Below, piece by piece: positions 17,319-20,000 of a stretch of DNA of 20,000 bases (the stretch's first letter is position 1; every line of letters begins with the position of its first letter). Made by a program: the position numbers and the translations under genes. The notes beneath the pieces were generated by a model. It searched no databases. It had not been told where the DNA came from and saw only the letters and a list, made by a program, of their open reading frames with translations. Origin of the DNA: an uncultured virus (IMG/VR IMGVR_UViG_3300042154_002964) (lineage: Duplodnaviria; Heunggongvirae; Uroviricota; Caudoviricetes). Location of the stretch: the IMG/VR virus record IMGVR_UViG_3300042154_002964; one strand, given 5' to 3'.

Positions 17319-17721
17319 AATCAATCTCTTTTCTTGATTTCTTATTTAATACATTGTCTATGTGGTCACTTAACCTTTGACAAATAGGGGTTAAATCTTC
17401 AATATCTTCCTCATTATCACCAACAATAAAAAATGCAGATTCAATGTATGATTTTAAATATACACTCCACTCTTCTTTTTCTTCTTGTGTTAAATCGTCT
17501 GCCACATCGTAAGTCAACTGAAGTATTGGGATTTGAAGTTGTTGTTTAGCTCTTTCAAGACGAGTTTGCACTTTAGGTTTCTCACCACTAAAAAAAGAAC
17601 TACCCCCAAGAAAATAATCTCCATTATTAAATTGAACAACATCTAAATCATCTGACTCATTAATAACCCTTTTAACAATTCTAACTAAATCAGATTCTGT
17701 TAGTCTTATAACTTTTTTCAT
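17317..17721 (-). CDS. Tagged hypothetical protein (MKKVIRLTESDLVRIVKRVINE)
   Basis: First 22 aa nearly identical to 12900..13403, remainder unrelated. TATTTAT at 17736-17742. Confidence 0.82.
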   Translation of the reverse strand: MKKVIRLTESDLVRIVKRVINESDDLDVVQFNNGDYFLGGSSFFSGEKPKVQTRLERAKQQLQIPILQLTYDVADDLTQEEKEEWSVYLKSYIESAFFIVGDNEEDIEDLTPICQRLSDHIDNVLNKKSRKEID

Positions 17722-17765
17722 ATATACTTTTTATCATAAATATTATATAAAACAAAAAACCCCAC
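17714..17765. repeat. 52-bp direct repeat, copy 2
   Basis: 51/52 identical to 17250-17301 (offset 464 bp). Confidence 0.93.
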
Positions 17766-17781
17766 CTAAATAAGTGGGGGT
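17754..17781 (-). terminator. Intrinsic terminator
   Basis: CCCCAC...GTGGGG hairpin plus U6 after the stop at 17786. Confidence 0.8.
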
Positions 17782-17785
17782 AATA

Positions 17786-18100
17786 TTATTCTTCTTCTTC
17801 ACTTTCAAATAGTTCTCTCCATTTCTTACTTTCCTCATATGGATTGTTAACATAATCATTAACACATTCCATAGCCTCTTTAACACTTCTAAAAGGAATG
17901 TCCTTACATCCTACACTAACAACACAACCAACACTTAAAAATTTAATACGAAGCTCGTATTCCCTAAGTATTTCCTGTTTGTTAGGTTTATACATAAGTT
18001 TTTGACCCAATTCAGGACCTCTATCATAACCTCTCGGTGCCCCCTCCATCATTCCCATATCTTGAACTGGAACAGGTTCATTTACATCGTAATCTCTCAT
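17786..18100 (-). CDS. Hypothetical protein (FLSVGCVVSVGCK motif)
   Basis: Clean ORF flanked by terminators. TTGACC-N17-TATTAT upstream on the minus strand. Confidence 0.75.
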   Translation of the reverse strand: MRDYDVNEPVPVQDMGMMEGAPRGYDRGPELGQKLMYKPNKQEILREYELRIKFLSVGCVVSVGCKDIPFRSVKEAMECVNDYVNNPYEESKKWRELFESEEEE

Positions 18101-18146
18101 AATCTTTTTTATTTAATAATACAGAATATATTTGATGAGGTCAAAT

Positions 18147-18173
18147 AAAAAACCCCTCCGTTGAAGAGGGGGT
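18147..18173 (-). terminator. Intrinsic terminator (20 bp identical to 19248-19267)
   Basis: CCCCTC-CGTTGAA-GAGGGG hairpin plus U6. Confidence 0.8.
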
Positions 18174-18180
18174 GGTAAGA

Positions 18181-19050
18181 TTAATTTGTAATCTCTAATT
18201 TATATTTATTACCCAATCTATCCAATGATGTAACACCAATTAAATTCTTTCTAAGGTTATGATTATATAAATCCAATACCAAGTGATTAAGTGAGTGTCT
18301 AACACTACCTGAGTATAACAAATAATCAGTTGCGGTACTATTAACTCTCTTGAAGATAACCTCATCCAAACGTTTTAGATTAACCCCATTCAAGTAATAT
18401 AAATCTAACAACGCTTTCAAGTAATATCTCTTACCATACTTCTCAACAATCGGTAAGTATTTCTCCAACCATTTGAATGTGTTGGAAATCTCTTCAAACA
18501 TATCATTAGTAAGAGTTAACAAACCATCCTTAAACTTTGAATGGTTCATTGATAACCCATTCTTTTTCATCACATAGAAGAATAACTCGTGTTCAAAATC
18601 AAATCTCTCATATAATGATTTGTATTTGGTATAGTTAATATCCCCAACTTCACTCTTTGAACCCATAAAGTTTGTAACATCCCATTCCAAACCTGATGTG
18701 TTTATTAACTCAATGATTCTTAATATCTCTTCTTCAGGAATGTCAGCAATAACAAAACTAATCGGAATGTTTTCCTCAGATATAGCACTGTGTCTGTGTT
18801 GTCCATCTATAATTAAAAATGGACAACCATCAGTTAAAAAGTTGGGATTCCTTACAACAATGATTGGAACCTCCTTCACATACTTCTTTCTAATTGATTG
18901 TCTAAGTTTCTTGATGTGGGAATTACTGATATTCCTGTTCCCCTTGATTTTACCAAATAACTTGTAGTTAGTTGTTTGATAAATTTTTGTTAATTCATAA
19001 CACTCTGTTCTTAATACTTCATTGATTAAGTCATTCATTAAATTTTCCAT
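18181..19050 (-). CDS. ParB/Srx-like N-terminal domain protein (DGQHR motif)
   Basis: GNRNISNSHIKKLRQSI...VPIIV...LIIDGQHR..A, followed by a helical C-terminal region. Confidence 0.78.
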   Translation of the reverse strand: MENLMNDLINEVLRTECYELTKIYQTTNYKLFGKIKGNRNISNSHIKKLRQSIRKKYVKEVPIIVVRNPNFLTDGCPFLIIDGQHRHSAISEENIPISFVIADIPEEEILRIIELINTSGLEWDVTNFMGSKSEVGDINYTKYKSLYERFDFEHELFFYVMKKNGLSMNHSKFKDGLLTLTNDMFEEISNTFKWLEKYLPIVEKYGKRYYLKALLDLYYLNGVNLKRLDEVIFKRVNSTATDYLLYSGSVRHSLNHLVLDLYNHNLRKNLIGVTSLDRLGNKYKLEITN

Positions 19051-19105
19051 AATACTTTTTTTTGTCGGGTCTAATTACCCATTGTTTTGTGGTCTATTAC
19101 CAAAT

Positions 19106-19137
19106 CAAAGATATATATAATCCCCTAATTTATCAAA
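19106..19137 (-). promoter_or_regulatory. Complete Bacteroidota -33/-7 promoter TTTG-N20-TATCTTTG for the ParB-like gene
   Basis: TTTG at 19137-19134 and TATCTTTG at 19113-19106 with the canonical 20 nt spacing. Confidence 0.7.
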
Positions 19138-19247
19138 ATTTTTTCCAGAAATTTTTTTTCACTATTAGACCCCTTTTTAGAATATGTCGATTTTTTCAGG
19201 AAATTTAAACATATCACCCCAATATGTACATTCAATAAACATATAAC

Positions 19248-19275
19248 AAAAAACCCCTCCGTTGAAGGAAGGGTT
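19248..19275 (-). terminator. Intrinsic terminator
   Basis: AACCC.TCC...GGA.GGGTT hairpin plus U6 after the stop at 19296. Confidence 0.75.
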
Positions 19276-19295
19276 CTAATTAATTATATTGGGGA

Positions 19296-19664
19296 TTATA
19301 CAATGTTAGCCCCCACAACACTCTTAATGTTATAATCAGGAAAATATTTGTTGAAGACATATTCCACAAAATATTTCTCATTACTCATCCACATCAGGTT
19401 AGGTAATAACTCCTCAATCTCCCCAATAAACTTATGGTCATAATATAAACACTCATTAACTTTCTTATACCTCATAATAACATTCATATCCTTGTCATAT
19501 AATTCCACCTTATCATCATTCTCCCCATACCCTTTTAGTTTCCTAACCATCATTTTAGATACCACCCCTTTGTAAGTGTCAAATAACTTCTCAGCCTCCT
19601 TATTCTCATATTGAGAAAATCTTCTAATCTCCCCCAATTGTTTCTCTGTAACTATAATCTTCAT
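19296..19664 (-). CDS. Tagged hypothetical protein (MKIIVTEKQ; start revised to 19664)
   Basis: ATG 4 nt from TATTTAT (19669-19675). The C-terminal part is loosely similar to the 10232..10660 module. Confidence 0.8.
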   Translation of the reverse strand: MKIIVTEKQLGEIRRFSQYENKEAEKLFDTYKGVVSKMMVRKLKGYGENDDKVELYDKDMNVIMRYKKVNECLYYDHKFIGEIEELLPNLMWMSNEKYFVEYVFNKYFPDYNIKSVVGANIV

Positions 19665-19679
19665 ATCAATAAATATATA

Positions 19680-20000
19680 CCTGTTCAAATAGGGGGACCC
19701 TTTTTCCCCCAAAATTTTTCTAGAATTTTTTTTGGTATTTTTAGTTGTACGCTTTCACGAAAGTATTATCCCCCCTTTTTGACCCCCAAAATAGACGGAA
19801 GGGGAGGGGGGATACGTAGGGGGGAGGGGTGTATAGGGGGTACAGGGGGGTGTAGGGAGGAGTTCTCCCCCCGTCTGAGTGTTCAAACCAAATTACCCCT
19901 CCCTCTCTGTATGGTCTTATATGGGGGTGATGTCAGAACAGTGACATATCCAAATAAAGTTATGAACCTGACAGGGTGTCAGTGTGGGGGTTATTAACAA
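19680..20000. other. Non-coding G-tract/C-tract region with short inverted repeats
   Basis: Abrupt GC rise, many G4-G6 runs at about 19801-19857 flanked by C runs, and a CTGACA-N3-TGTCAG palindrome at 19968-19982. Confidence 0.6.

Noticed and set aside
807..18967. Short overlapping ORFs (807, 1649, 2296, 2542, 4063, 4877, 6182, 6411, 8017, 12660, 15222, 15825, 18698)
   Set aside because: Antisense or alternate-frame shadows of better-supported genes, with non-ATG starts in many cases and no expression signals.
19611..19997. 128 aa plus-strand ORF
   Set aside because: TTG start, low-complexity translation of G/C tracts, and overlaps a real gene start.
1..20000. Stop-codon reassignment (as in some Bacteroidota phages)
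   Set aside because: Standard code gives near-complete coding density, and TAG (15630, 16925) and TGA (6821, 7171) act as real stops.
1..20000. tRNA/rRNA genes, introns, inteins, transposases
   Set aside because: No recognisable motifs. Intergenic gaps are short and explained by terminators and promoters.

Overview
AT-rich (roughly 30% GC by eye), densely coding segment that looks like part of a large tailed dsDNA phage genome, most likely infecting Bacteroidota. The host inference rests on TAnnTTTG '-7' promoters, the lack of Shine-Dalgarno motifs, and Bacteroidota-type domains. Recognisable genes are thyA (truncated by the window edge and missing from the ORF track), a secreted NucA-type non-specific endonuclease, a short DHFR, a GT2 glycosyltransferase, a MORN2/YwqK-like protein, a CarboxypepD_reg-like protein, a ParB-like/DGQHR protein and two putative PD-(D/E)XK nucleases. 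The most striking feature is an array of mostly minus-strand expression cassettes, each built as [GC hairpin terminator][promoter][ORF]. About 15 otherwise unrelated proteins share an N-terminal tag (MK-I/V-I/L-I-T/S/N-E, or MKKVIRL-T/S-E). The same I/L-x-E motif recurs internally at domain borders. Tagged genes or their operons sit behind a TATTTAT motif, while several untagged genes use the host-type TAnnTTTG motif. The simplest reading is a large, shuffled repertoire of capsid-targeted, prohead-protease-processed internal (injected) proteins, including an annexin-like and a nuclease-like cargo. This is inference and needs proteomics. The right end has an unusual G/C-tract non-coding region, possibly an origin or terminus.
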